Assembly: GCF_022846255.1 (NCBI RefSeq)
Contig: NZ_AP025682.1
Length of the DNA: 64,000 nucleotides
From: Escherichia coli
Lineage (GTDB): Bacteria > Pseudomonadota > Gammaproteobacteria > Enterobacterales > Enterobacteriaceae
Strand: one strand, 5' to 3'
The notes below the pieces were generated by a model, which saw only the letters and a program-made list of their open reading frames with translations, did not search any database and was not told the origin of the DNA. Within the stretch, counting starts at the first letter, position 1; each line of letters begins with the position of its first letter. The position numbers and the translations under genes are program-made. Shown here one piece after another: positions 9,201 through 18,345 of the stretch.

Positions 9201-10118
9201 TTCCGCCGGGGACTGCGCGGTCAGATCCGCCACGTTCAGCGTCAGGATCACGCCGTTGAGCGGTGCGCCGGGGCGGTGTTTACGCAGCAGTCCCAGAAAC
9301 CCCTGCCACTCCCCGGCGTTGCGCTGGGTCGCGCTGATTTCGCCACCGTCATCGTGGCGAGCATAGCGCCCGGCGGTGTCAATAAGCACTGCTTCGTTGG
9401 TAAACCACCAGTCGCAGTGCAGCGTGCCGCCGCCCGGCACGGTGAGAATATGCGCGGTTTGCTCCATCTGCTCCGCCAGCGGAAACTGTAGCCCGGTGTT
9501 AAGCAGCGCGGTGGTTTTACCATCGCCGGGGCTGCCGATAACCATAAACCACGGCAGCTCGTACAGAAAACGCTTTCCTTCCAGGACTTTTCGCCAGCCA
9601 GGAAGATCCACACGCAGTTGTTTCAGTTGCCGGATGGCGCGGTTGACAATATGGCTGACGGTACGCAGGTCGGCTTTAATTTCCCCCTCCACCGGTACGT
9701 CTTCCCCACGCGGATGCAGGAAACGGCGCAGCAGTTGTTCATCCAGACGCAGCGCCCGCCACAGCCGGTACAGGCCATACAGCGCATAAGTCAGCAGGAT
9801 CAGACCGATAAGCGTCAGACGCAGCCACAGCGGCGCAAATGGATGAACATCACCGAGGGACAGCAGGGGTGAAACAAAACCGATGACCAGGCACAGAACC
9901 GTCACGCCAATGATGCTCATCGACCAGTTAACCAGCCACAGTGCGAGGAACATCAGTAACAGAACGATGGTGACTACCCGACTTCCCACAGACGCGAGCG
10001 GATGCACGGTGTCAAACGCCACCAGCGGCCCGATAAACCAGACCAGCAGCGCCAGTACCGCCACGCCGACAACAGCCAGCGCGCGGCGGGAAAACAGCAG
10101 ACTGAGAAATTTTTGCAT
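6252..10118 (-). CDS. tssM: T6SS membrane core protein TssM (IcmF family)
   Basis: 1288 aa; N-terminal transmembrane segments, Walker A GSPGDGKTT, large periplasmic C-terminal region; typical IcmF architecture. Confidence 0.9.
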   Translation of the reverse strand: MQKFLSLLFSRRALAVVGVAVLALLVWFIGPLVAFDTVHPLASVGSRVVTIVLLLMFLALWLVNWSMSIIGVTVLCLVIGFVSPLLSLGDVHPFAPLWLRLTLIGLILLTYALYGLYRLWRALRLDEQLLRRFLHPRGEDVPVEGEIKADLRTVSHIVNRAIRQLKQLRVDLPGWRKVLEGKRFLYELPWFMVIGSPGDGKTTALLNTGLQFPLAEQMEQTAHILTVPGGGTLHCDWWFTNEAVLIDTAGRYARHDDGGEISATQRNAGEWQGFLGLLRKHRPGAPLNGVILTLNVADLTAQSPAERLAACAALRARLAELRETLGIRFPVYLVVTKMDLLPGFTEYFRGLTSHLRAQVWGFTLPYSRRRHASDPQSLHALCGRELANLTQRLDQGLDTRLQEEYDLKSRQRLYRFPREFAALGAPLLEAIEQIFLDSKFDATQLNNTLRGVFFTSAAQAQADAVADQTGIWQRFVRAIKGKADSPSHTLPDGNRSYFLHDLLTQFIFREAHLVEPNLQWAWRYRLLRTGGHLLVLALAFWLWQGMQGSQQGNSGYLNEIASRTTQLDGDVKAYTGKPAMQPVPALLNQARALSAWPGLDPDSPPLAWRYGLYSVPPVMESVASLYDRLLDQLLLPPLVKRMEYVLSDAIARQDSKAAYDALHVYLLLNLDKDHEDKYNAAEIHAWVLNDLDNRDSVAEFGGRAAVLEHIDALFDGSRVVHSPWEKDEGLIRQARAFLDGHTSTERIYTRALASMESEAPQEFSLVRAVGADAGTVFVRTDGAPLDRGVPGIFTREGYRELFDKRLSEFVAAASADDAWVMGRESAQKKTTDIVMSQLPGQELPVTREVRRLYLAEYARRWQDFLASIHSINSAGEDGSPGLAYDLQVLRTLASPDSPLMRLSKAVVEQTTLVPPLNAQARQKQMAQRAQDRLSGNAGKAVQTAKLLQDIHPEERLEKSLVDDRFAALREVVSGQTDSGQGGGVPQLNSLLTMLNEYYTQLTIADSALAASTLPGRISAADKLQLEAAKLPAPLKNILLDLTQQGTRKINAGTGEVLNAQMEAVIGDECRDAIDGRYPFTDSPQEVSADDFNRIFASGGVLDAFWTKQLAPLADTASNPWRYKPTEGNMTLQGPDLTPFQEAKQIRSVFFNGDGGKKFSWAMQVRVVDMDPAITELVIDIDGQVLRYAHGPVRPLKVNWPGPRNGSMAEITASPRIRQDTSTLLTNGPWALFHLLDAGKAQETAVRGTQQVEYSFDGRRVILEITAGRDFDPVDRGLLQRFACPERAL

Positions 10119-10445
10119 TATTGTTCAGAACTCCACATTGTAATCATCAACAATAAAAGGCCACAAGCTGAAAATGTTTTCCCGATTCAGCACAAAAAAA
10201 TAGATGGCGATCCGAAACATCACTAAACCTGAAAAATAAAATTTCGCAGCATCATTTTATTTACATCATCACGCAACAACGTTGTCATTATAAGGTTTAT
10301 GCTCAATATTTTAATTTATATACAAAATCATTCGAGTTGCATCAAGGCGGCAAGCGAGAGGATCCCGAATCATTTATTCCGGTAAGTGACTCGGGTGAAC
10401 GAGTGCAGTCAACGCAGAGGCAACCTGAAGGATAAGGTGTATACA

Positions 10446-10901
10446 TCAAAATTCTCTGGATAGAATAATATAGCCATTGAATCTTACGGAACACTCATTT
10501 TCATTAATAAGGCCGGATGCAATAAAAACATCTTTCCCTCTGTCATTGTTAATATAGGTATATTTTGCCACAATAGACTTGGCATGATTTTCATAGTAGC
10601 TATCAAAATACGATTTTTCATCTAACATTGCCTTCTTATTTCTGGCTTTGTCCTTCTCATAATCAATCTTAGCCAGAGACTCTGCATAAAACTTAGACAC
10701 AGGAGAAACATCAAGAACTTCTACCCTTGTTTTATCTCTTAAAATAGTAGAAGAATTTATATTCAAATCACTTTTCATTGCATCAAATAACGACAACTCT
10801 ATTGAGGCTCCAACCGTAGCGCAACCATCATTTTGTGCATATGAAATTGCAGGTATGCCAGCTAACAGGCAGATTATTACCTTGAACATATTAGTCCTCA
10901 A
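10446..10901 (-). CDS. putative periplasmic immunity protein (Tldi-like) for the upstream L,D-transpeptidase-like effector
   Basis: 151 aa with signal peptide MRTNMFKVIICLLAGIPAISYA; AT-rich; overlaps the effector gene end by 11 nt. Confidence 0.45.
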   Translation of the reverse strand: MRTNMFKVIICLLAGIPAISYAQNDGCATVGASIELSLFDAMKSDLNINSSTILRDKTRVEVLDVSPVSKFYAESLAKIDYEKDKARNKKAMLDEKSYFDSYYENHAKSIVAKYTYINNDRGKDVFIASGLINENECSVRFNGYIILSREF

Positions 10902-11259
10902 CCACTAATATTTTATCAGTACTGGCAGCAATAACCTTGCGATAAGGTAAATCCAGAATTATACAGCCATCAGAGGCTTCTCCTGGATGGGCTGAACTCT
11001 CTCCGTGTATCATGAAACCGTCACGCCCGCACATTTGATTTTCGGGGTAAGGCGTGAGCCTCATCGTCCATGCTCTTGTTCTGGCATGAAAAAATGCAAG
11101 TCCAATTGTATATGTACCTCTTGGCAATGGTCCCTTATCTCTTACACACTCATTAACAGAGTCATCTTTAAAACCCGGTCTGCCAGAATATCTGGCATTG
11201 AACTGATAGCTACCATTTAAATAAAATGAACGTGCATTAATTTTGTATACCCAAGGCAT
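10891..11259 (-). CDS. Tlde1-like (DUF2778, L,D-transpeptidase-fold) T6SS effector
   Basis: 122 aa; motifs KGPLPRGTYTIG and FMIHGESSAHPGEASDGCIIL match the His-x(14-17)-S-x-G-C signature described for Tlde1/YkuD-like effectors; no signal peptide. Confidence 0.55.
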   Translation of the reverse strand: MPWVYKINARSFYLNGSYQFNARYSGRPGFKDDSVNECVRDKGPLPRGTYTIGLAFFHARTRAWTMRLTPYPENQMCGRDGFMIHGESSAHPGEASDGCIILDLPYRKVIAASTDKILVVED

Positions 11260-11350
11260 TACACAATCTCCTTTTTGTTAAAAAATAATAGTCAGATCAG
11301 AACACCATATTTTATTGTTAGTTTTCTGACCTAACCATAGTCATATTAAT

Positions 11351-12667
11351 TCACTCCACCACCAGAATTTCCACCCGACGGTTCTGCGCCCGTCCGGTTT
11401 TAGTGCGGTTATCGGTCACCGGTACGGTATCTCCTTTCCCGACAACCCGGATCCGGCGGGCCGGAATACCATCGGACGTCAGCAGTGAAGCCACTTCCGC
11501 CGCCCGTTTTTCCGACAATACCTGGTTGGACGGGAATTCAGCGGAGTGGATCGGCTGGCTGTCCGTGTGGCCGGTCACCGTCACCGCGCCCCCCACACGC
11601 GCAATCTCACGCGCGGCCTTGTCAATCACCGGGCGCAGCGCATCATTCACGGTTTTCTGCCCCGGTATAAACATCGTATCGCCACGAAAAATTACACGGC
11701 TGTGATGGTCATCTTCCTCCACCGTCAGCAGGCCACGGGCGATTTCGTTCGCCAGCAGGATTTTCAACCGCAGTTTATGCACCGGAACGGGTGGCGGAGG
11801 AAGATTTTTACCAATGGCGTCGATACGCTGTTGTACGGTTTCGGTGGCGAGGTTCATCCGGTGGCTGTAAAGGCCAAACAGCGTCAGCATCACCAGCAGG
11901 GCGATTCCGGCGCTCAGCCAGACCGGCACCCGGCGCATCCGCCGCATTCGCCCACTGACGGCACCGGCAAAACCCGGCGAGAGCGTCGGCGTGATCGGAT
12001 CGCGACGCTGGACCAGTTGAGTCAGCAGTTGCTGGCGGATATCGTCCAGTTGTTTACGCCCGTCAGGCCGTACACTGTAGCGGCCTTCAAAACCCAGTCC
12101 CAGAATGTGGTAAATGATTTCCAGTACATCGCTGTGCTCCTGGAAGCTGGCGGCCAGACGCCCGATTATCTGAAACAGCTTGATGCCGCCTTCACTTTCG
12201 CCATGAAAAGTCACCAGCAGGCTCTTCCCGGCCCAGACACCGCGTCGCCCCCAGACGGTGTTGTTGGCAGCTTCATCCAGCGCCGTGCACACGCAGTAAC
12301 GTACCGCCAGCACATGTTCGCGGCGCAGGTTTGCCTGGTCGCACAGCGTCTGATACCGGCGGACTTCACGCTCCAGTAGGGCGCGATAATGTTCGACAAA
12401 ACCAGGGGAAAGTTCACGGGGCATTTGCGCCAGCGCGCATAACAGAGGGCTGGCCGCCGCCAGAAGAGGATTCACAGCAGCAGTGATCTCAGCCAAGCGG
12501 AGCTTCAAATCTGGCCCGTCTTCAACCACCATTTTTATATCTTCCCTGCGAAGGCTGTCCTGGACGAGCGTATCGTAACCGTCATTATCAGGCGACCTTG
12601 TTCCCCTCATTGAAGGCTGTAATTGCAGGGTATTCACCGCAGGTTGCGTCAGAATATCGTCGGTCAT
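11351..12667 (-). CDS. tssL: TssL (DotU family) with C-terminal OmpA-like peptidoglycan-binding domain
   Basis: 438 aa; DotU-like N-terminal region, one transmembrane segment (VWLSAGIALLVMLTLFGLY), C-terminal OmpA/MotB-like motif GHTDSQ...NRRVEILV. Confidence 0.8.
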   Translation of the reverse strand: MTDDILTQPAVNTLQLQPSMRGTRSPDNDGYDTLVQDSLRREDIKMVVEDGPDLKLRLAEITAAVNPLLAAASPLLCALAQMPRELSPGFVEHYRALLEREVRRYQTLCDQANLRREHVLAVRYCVCTALDEAANNTVWGRRGVWAGKSLLVTFHGESEGGIKLFQIIGRLAASFQEHSDVLEIIYHILGLGFEGRYSVRPDGRKQLDDIRQQLLTQLVQRRDPITPTLSPGFAGAVSGRMRRMRRVPVWLSAGIALLVMLTLFGLYSHRMNLATETVQQRIDAIGKNLPPPPVPVHKLRLKILLANEIARGLLTVEEDDHHSRVIFRGDTMFIPGQKTVNDALRPVIDKAAREIARVGGAVTVTGHTDSQPIHSAEFPSNQVLSEKRAAEVASLLTSDGIPARRIRVVGKGDTVPVTDNRTKTGRAQNRRVEILVVE

Positions 12668-14007
12668 TTATCGCGAACTCCCCACAGCTCCAGCTCCAGC
12701 CCTGGAAACTCTCCGGCGGTATGCATTGCCATGCCACCATAGCGGGCGATATGTTCCCACAACACGCCGTCGCGGCGGATGTCGTAATAGATGTAACCGG
12801 ACTGGAACGGGATCTGACGCGGTGGCACTGGCAGCACCTGTAGAACAAGACCAGGAAGGTGCGAGCGAATCAGTTCCGGCAGGCGTTCTGATGGCCCTAT
12901 TTTGGTCTGAGCCGAAAAATGTTGTAGTAAGGTGTCGGCGGACATCTGTGCCTTCACCGCCAATACTAACGAGCTGAAATCTGACAGTTCGGTAGGTTCA
13001 ACCACCGCATTGAGAATACCGTAAGTTCCCTCTTCCAGAGGGATTCGCTGCGCCCCACGTATTAGCACAGCATTCAGCAGATACTGAACCTCGTCCACCA
13101 CCGATTTCAGCCCGGCATAGGGCGTCAGGTGCTTATATTCTTTATATTCTTCCGGACGACGTGTTTGCGGACGCACGTAGGTAGAGAGTTCTCCGGCCAG
13201 TGCGCAGAGGTTACGATAGAGTACTTCAGGCGATAGCGGCGTTTTCGACATATGGATCAATAAGGGGCCGAAACGATTAAGAACTTGCAGAAGCAGGTAA
13301 TCCGACACTTCCGCCGCTTCATGACCGTGTTTGTCGCTCCCCGTCAATCGTTCCGCCAGCGAATCTGCACGCATTTTTATCAGATCGTTAATCCACGACA
13401 GCCAGGTACATATCAGCGTACTGGCCTGGTAGTTCGCCACTGGCGGGATCAACTCTTTGTCTATATCGACCCGACCATCGGGATGCAGCGCCGTGATGCG
13501 CGTCAGCGGCAGGCCGATCCACGCGTCTGTCACCGCCTTTTCCGGTAACAGTCGCAAGCGCAGGTGGCTAAGTTGCAGCAGTTGCGCGCCTCGCCCCAGC
13601 GAATTGGCATCACGGATTTCACTTTCATGTACCGAAAAACGTGCCAGTGATTCAGGGTTATTGTCGAAACTGGTTTCTTCACTGTTCGGCGTACGTATTG
13701 GCACAGCCAGATAAATCAACTGGTTAAGATGTTCTGGAAGGATGGTCAGAGGCGGCGGGAGTGGTGTATGACCCGGCGCATTAAAAGGTGTACCGTCAGC
13801 AAATACCCCGGAAGCCTTCGTAAGTACCAGTTTTCCGATGTTCAGCGCCTCACTACCAATACCATACTCATTGAAGCCCCAGTAAAAAGGTGAAAGAGGC
13901 AAACTGCGATAATGAATGACATGTTCCAGATAGCGTTCCTGCTGCTGAAACATCTGTGGCAACAAAAATTGTCCTTCACTCCAGACCACCCGGTTATTCC
14001 AACTCAT
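12664..14007 (-). CDS. tssK: T6SS baseplate protein TssK
   Basis: 447 aa; N-terminus MSWNNRVVWSEGQFLLPQMFQQQERY typical of TssK; 4-nt overlap with tssL. Confidence 0.85.
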   Translation of the reverse strand: MSWNNRVVWSEGQFLLPQMFQQQERYLEHVIHYRSLPLSPFYWGFNEYGIGSEALNIGKLVLTKASGVFADGTPFNAPGHTPLPPPLTILPEHLNQLIYLAVPIRTPNSEETSFDNNPESLARFSVHESEIRDANSLGRGAQLLQLSHLRLRLLPEKAVTDAWIGLPLTRITALHPDGRVDIDKELIPPVANYQASTLICTWLSWINDLIKMRADSLAERLTGSDKHGHEAAEVSDYLLLQVLNRFGPLLIHMSKTPLSPEVLYRNLCALAGELSTYVRPQTRRPEEYKEYKHLTPYAGLKSVVDEVQYLLNAVLIRGAQRIPLEEGTYGILNAVVEPTELSDFSSLVLAVKAQMSADTLLQHFSAQTKIGPSERLPELIRSHLPGLVLQVLPVPPRQIPFQSGYIYYDIRRDGVLWEHIARYGGMAMHTAGEFPGLELELWGVRDK

Positions 14008-14010
14008 AAT

Positions 14011-14565
14011 TTACTCATCCCGTTCTTTAATCACTATGGCGCTTTGCTCTATGCCAGCATCCAGTTCGACTTTTTTCTTTGGCATAAAGCGGCTGTACCA
14101 ACTTTTTTCCGGTGGATCAGGAATTTTATATGTAGCCCGCCAGACCGATTTTCCCAGATTGCGGTATCCGGCGAGGATCCCCAGCGTGGTAGTTTCCTTA
14201 TTGAGGGCGCGGCGTAATTTTTTCTCCTCGCCCGGACGCAGGATAAAGCTGTCGCGGTGGAGTAAATCATCGGCAAGAACAGCCTTGTCATTGTCCTGAA
14301 GGGACCACCAGTCCGCCGCCGTGAAAGCTGCATCAATTTTCAGTTCATAAACGCGTATCTCTATGGGCGCGGCTTTTTTCTGATTGTCAGGATTCACCTT
14401 ATCGGAAGCCTTAATCACCAGATCGAGTCTTTGTGACATCAGGTCCGGCACGTCGTCGCTGTCAATGCTGCACCCGGAAAGCAGGAAGACAAAAGACAAA
14501 GCTACCGCACATAACCACCCACCGGGGTTACGCCATTTATTCACTGTAATTTCCTTTAAAATCAA
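14011..14565 (-). CDS. tssJ: T6SS outer-membrane lipoprotein TssJ
   Basis: 184 aa; lipobox LLSGC after a signal-like segment; size and position (between hcp and tssK) typical of TssJ/SciN. Confidence 0.75.
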   Translation of the reverse strand: MILKEITVNKWRNPGGWLCAVALSFVFLLSGCSIDSDDVPDLMSQRLDLVIKASDKVNPDNQKKAAPIEIRVYELKIDAAFTAADWWSLQDNDKAVLADDLLHRDSFILRPGEEKKLRRALNKETTTLGILAGYRNLGKSVWRATYKIPDPPEKSWYSRFMPKKKVELDAGIEQSAIVIKERDE

Positions 14566-14611
14566 ATAATAAAAACCGGCCAGGCTATATACCTGGCCGG
14601 GAAAATGTTGC

Positions 14612-15103
14612 TTAAATTTCTTTGTTAGCTTTGAAATCGTAACCTGCCGTGATAGTGCCGCCGCTGCCGCCCTGCTGGTTCTGCACCACGTATTCCTGCT
14701 TCACGGTGCTGAAAGATAGTTCGACTCTCTCGCGGGAGGCGATCTCACCCTCCTTACTACCACTGGGGGAAACAACAGCCACAATCAGGTCAGTGAAGGT
14801 ATATTTGAGGTATTCCAGCGGATTGCCGCCTGCTTTGCGCATGACAAGGATGGACTTCGGAATATGCTTACCAGAGGCGCAGTATTTGAACAGGTTCGGG
14901 CTAGCGCGATCGATGTAATGTTCAAACTCCAGGTTAGTCACGGAGACTTTGCCGGATCCCAGACCGCTACCTGCGTGCATGGTGGACTCCTGGTGGATAT
15001 TCCAGCGCCAGCTCAGCACCTCAATTTCATTTTTATGTTTGTCATCCATTGACTCGCCGTCAATGCCGTCAATTTTCAGAAAAATGTCATAAGCCATTTT
15101 CAT
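14612..15103 (-). CDS. hcp: Hcp (TssD) tube protein
   Basis: 163 aa; AYDIFLKIDGIDGES...LSWRWNIHQ is the characteristic Hcp N-terminus; start may be the third codon (MAYD). Confidence 0.85.
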   Translation of the reverse strand: MKMAYDIFLKIDGIDGESMDDKHKNEIEVLSWRWNIHQESTMHAGSGLGSGKVSVTNLEFEHYIDRASPNLFKYCASGKHIPKSILVMRKAGGNPLEYLKYTFTDLIVAVVSPSGSKEGEIASRERVELSFSTVKQEYVVQNQQGGSGGTITAGYDFKANKEI

Positions 15104-15276
15104 TTCCTTATTAAGAATTACTTAAAATAATCCCTGGTTTATCTTCGCATATGAATTCAGGTAAACCATGGCCGTACAGAACCCCCTCTCCTTAATTTCA
15201 GAAGAATAGAAGGCTGTATAATTTCCGGTAATGAGATACCGGCACGTCATTAATTCACAAAATGAATGTATTACCT

Positions 15277-15729
15277 CTATTTACATGTCACAGATACCGA
15301 TGACTCTCCTGGTACCCGCTGCCCCGGCAAAGAAGATGCCTGGCACTGTGTCGCCAATGCAGGGACCGGTTGTGATAACCAAACCTGTCCATGGTTATAA
15401 ATACAGGAAACCCAGTAACGTTCACTATTCTGATTACTGGCCATTGTGGTATCCCATATTTGCCTGGTTTCACCCTTTATTGTCTCTGTCTCTGGTTTTA
15501 GATCCACCCGATTTTCAGGTTTTCCCTGCGACATCCCTACCCCGTCCAACCACAGACGGGGTTCATAGCGGGAAGATCTCTGCCACGATGCAGATATATC
15601 TGGCTCCAGTACTGTTGTTGAGGATTTTATATTGATAAACACGGGGCAACTGACTTCCCACGCAGTAACAAATTGTGAATAAAACAACATAAAACCCAAC
15701 AACAGAGAAAAAATAAAACGTGTCCCCAT
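15277..15729 (-). CDS. secreted Cys-containing protein, putative immunity protein for the upstream small protein
   Basis: 150 aa with signal-like N-terminus MGTRFIFSLLLGFMLFYSQFVTA; AT-rich; directly downstream (13-nt gap) of a 135-aa cytoplasmic-type ORF. Confidence 0.35.
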   Translation of the reverse strand: MGTRFIFSLLLGFMLFYSQFVTAWEVSCPVFINIKSSTTVLEPDISASWQRSSRYEPRLWLDGVGMSQGKPENRVDLKPETETIKGETRQIWDTTMASNQNSERYWVSCIYNHGQVWLSQPVPALATQCQASSLPGQRVPGESSVSVTCK

Positions 15730-15741
15730 TGAATCTATCCT

Positions 15742-16149
15742 CTACTCAATAATATAAAAAGCTTCCGCATTATTACTGGCATCAGGATATGTTCCATCGC
15801 TGCGCATTCCACCTTTTCGGGAAATAGGGCGTGCAGAGACTTTCGTGGTTTTACCTGTCCACTGGTCCATAACATAAATATACTGACTATCCTGTTCCAG
15901 ATAGAAAGCGGCATGCTTATGCTCATTCTGCCTCGAGGGATACTTTCCGTTAACAAAAGTGGCAATTGCTGTTCCTCTGGGGATCGATTTATCCCCAAAA
16001 ACCTTTCGCCCCTGCTTCCAGGCTCCAGTATTCCCCACATGTGCATATACCTGAACTAAGAACACACATTCCTTTCTGTCTCCTGCCCCCGCCATTCCCA
16101 CCATGTCAGTGCCCTGCAATGAATCTACCAGTCCATAAACATATGCCAT
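15742..16149 (-). CDS. hypothetical small protein, candidate Hcp-dependent effector (possible Cys/His hydrolase)
   Basis: 135 aa, no signal peptide; Cys28 and a His cluster (EHKHAAFY) about 50 residues downstream; sits between tssC and hcp, followed by a signal-peptide ORF. No motif confidently recognised. Confidence 0.3.
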   Translation of the reverse strand: MAYVYGLVDSLQGTDMVGMAGAGDRKECVFLVQVYAHVGNTGAWKQGRKVFGDKSIPRGTAIATFVNGKYPSRQNEHKHAAFYLEQDSQYIYVMDQWTGKTTKVSARPISRKGGMRSDGTYPDASNNAEAFYIIE

Positions 16150-16199
16150 ATATCCCCCAGAGTATTACCCGGCATCATTCATTAAAATATTCATAAAAA

Positions 16200-17714
16200 T
16201 CAGGCATTACCCTGTTTTACTGACGGCAGTTTTGTCACCAGACGCAGTGATCCTGTTAACCCTTCAAGCTGAAAATGCGGGCGCAGGAAGAATTTGGCGT
16301 CGTAATAGCCCGGATTCCCCTCCACCTCTTCCACCACCACTTCAGCAGCTGCCAGCGGGCGACGAGCTTTGGTTTCCTGTGAGGAGTTCACCGGATCGGC
16401 ATCGACGTAGTTCATGATCCACTCATTGAGCCAGCGCTGCATATCTTCGCGCTCTTTGAACGAGCCGATCTTGTCGCGCACGATACATTTGAGGAAGTGC
16501 GCAAACCGTGAGCAGGCGAAAAGATATGGCAAACGAGCTGAGAGATTGGCGTTGGCCGTAGCATCCGGATCGTAATACTCCTGCGGTTTTTGTAGAGACT
16601 GCGCGCCAATAAAGGCGGCGTAATCAGAGTTTTTGCGGTGGATAAGTGGGATAAAACCATTTTTCGCCAGTTCAGCTTCACGACGGTCAGAGATGGCAAT
16701 TTCTGTCGGGCATTTCATATCCACGCCGCCGTCATCGGTCGGGAAGGTATGACAGGGCAGATTTTCCACCGCGCCACCAGATTCAACACCGCGGATCAAC
16801 GTACACCAACCGTAATGTTTGAAAGAGCGGTTGATATTTACACCCATTGCATAGGCGGCATTGCTCCAGACATATTTGCTGTGATCTGCGCCATCCGCAT
16901 CTTCTTCAAAATCAAACTCATCGACAGGGTTTGTTTTCGCACCATAAGGCAAACGGGAGAGAAAACGTGGCATCGTCAGGCCAATGTAGCGAGAATCCTC
17001 ACTTTTTCGCAGCGAGTTCCACGGTGCGTATTCGAGGTTTTGGGTCACAATTTTGGTCAGATCACGCGGGTTAGCCAGTTCCTGCCAGGAATCCATCTGC
17101 AACACTGATGGAGAGGCCCCAGCAATAAACGGCGCATGGGCTGAGGCTGCCACTTTGGCAATGGAGCCGAGCAGATCCACATCCGGTGGCGTGTGATCAA
17201 AATAATAATCCGCAATAATACAACCGTAAGGTTCTCCGCCTAACTGCCCATATTCGGCTTCATACAGCTTTTTGAACATGGGGCTTTGATCCCACGCGAT
17301 CCCTTTGTAACGCTTCATATTTTTCCGCAATTCATCCTTCGAAAGGTTCATAAAGCGGATTTTTAATTTTTCATCGGTTTCGGTGTTGTAAACCAAATGT
17401 TCCATCCCACGCCAGGAGGACTCCAGTTTCTGAAATTCCGGATGATTCAGGATTAGTTTGATCTGCTCAGTTAATTTGAAATCGATCTGCTCAATAATTG
17501 CAGCAATACTTTTATAAGCATCATCACTAACAGTGATCGTATTTGTCAGAGCCTGTTGGGCCAGCGTCTGAACTGCCGCCTCAACAGCCTTTGCAGCCTG
17601 AGGAGTCTTGGGACGGAAAGCTTTATCCAGCAGCGAATCAAATTCCGTTTCCTGATAGGCAGTGGTTTGCGCAGCAGAGAGGTCGCCAGTCGCCAGAAGA
17701 GTATCGTTTACCAT
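16200..17714 (-). CDS. tssC: T6SS sheath large subunit TssC
   Basis: 504 aa; highly conserved TssC/VipB-like sequence throughout. Confidence 0.9.
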   Translation of the reverse strand: MVNDTLLATGDLSAAQTTAYQETEFDSLLDKAFRPKTPQAAKAVEAAVQTLAQQALTNTITVSDDAYKSIAAIIEQIDFKLTEQIKLILNHPEFQKLESSWRGMEHLVYNTETDEKLKIRFMNLSKDELRKNMKRYKGIAWDQSPMFKKLYEAEYGQLGGEPYGCIIADYYFDHTPPDVDLLGSIAKVAASAHAPFIAGASPSVLQMDSWQELANPRDLTKIVTQNLEYAPWNSLRKSEDSRYIGLTMPRFLSRLPYGAKTNPVDEFDFEEDADGADHSKYVWSNAAYAMGVNINRSFKHYGWCTLIRGVESGGAVENLPCHTFPTDDGGVDMKCPTEIAISDRREAELAKNGFIPLIHRKNSDYAAFIGAQSLQKPQEYYDPDATANANLSARLPYLFACSRFAHFLKCIVRDKIGSFKEREDMQRWLNEWIMNYVDADPVNSSQETKARRPLAAAEVVVEEVEGNPGYYDAKFFLRPHFQLEGLTGSLRLVTKLPSVKQGNA

Positions 17715-17738
17715 GAAAGTTCCTTAATAAAATCGCAG

Positions 17739-18284
17739 TTAGTCTGCTGTTCCCGTTTCACCTGATAAGACACTTTCCTGTTGAGCGACAGGTTTTGGCG
17801 CGCTGGCCAGAGCTTTCAGTAACGTCGGGTCTTGTAATAGTTTGTTGATCAGATTTTCTGCTCCCGCTTTACCATCCATGTAGGTTTGCAGGTTGGCAAG
17901 CTGAGTACGTGCTTCCAGCAGCTGGTTCAGGGCATCCACCTTACGGGCAATCTGCGCAGGCGAGAAATCGTCCATATTCTCCAGCGTGATATCGACCATC
18001 AACTGCCCTTCGCCCGTCAGCGTATTGGGGACAGCAAACGCCACGCGCGGCGCAATGGCTTTCATCCTCTCGTTGAAGTTATCGATATCAATATCAAGGA
18101 ATTTACGATCGGTGACCGGCGGCAGCTCTTCACGCGGTTTACCCGCCAGGTCGGCCAGCACCGCCATGACAAACGGCAGTTCGATTTTTTTCTCGGAGCC
18201 GTAAATCTCAACGTCATACTCAATCTGCACGCGGGGCGCGCGGTTGCGGGCAATAAACTTCTGCGCGCTGTTGTTGATAGCCAT
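17739..18284 (-). CDS. tssB: T6SS sheath small subunit TssB
   Basis: 181 aa; APRVQIEYDVEIYGSEKKIELPFVMAVLADL is the TssB/VipA signature. Confidence 0.9.
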   Translation of the reverse strand: MAINNSAQKFIARNRAPRVQIEYDVEIYGSEKKIELPFVMAVLADLAGKPREELPPVTDRKFLDIDIDNFNERMKAIAPRVAFAVPNTLTGEGQLMVDITLENMDDFSPAQIARKVDALNQLLEARTQLANLQTYMDGKAGAENLINKLLQDPTLLKALASAPKPVAQQESVLSGETGTAD

Positions 18285-18345
18285 AATCCTTCATTTCCTT
18301 ATCAGTGAGCCGACGACCACCAGGGGAGCGGTTCGACGGTACAGT

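Noticed and set aside
6731-9872. Many antisense and alternative-frame ORFs inside tssM (and similarly inside tagF, clpV, tssF, dnaE, ldcC, proS)
   Set aside because: These are typical of GC-rich coding regions; each is wholly contained within a well-supported longer gene on the other strand or frame.
10119-10445. Imperfect inverted repeat (cccgaatca...tgactcggg) in the AT-rich spacer upstream of tssM
   Set aside because: The stem is imperfect and has no T-tract or clear promoter hexamers; insufficient evidence to call a regulatory element.
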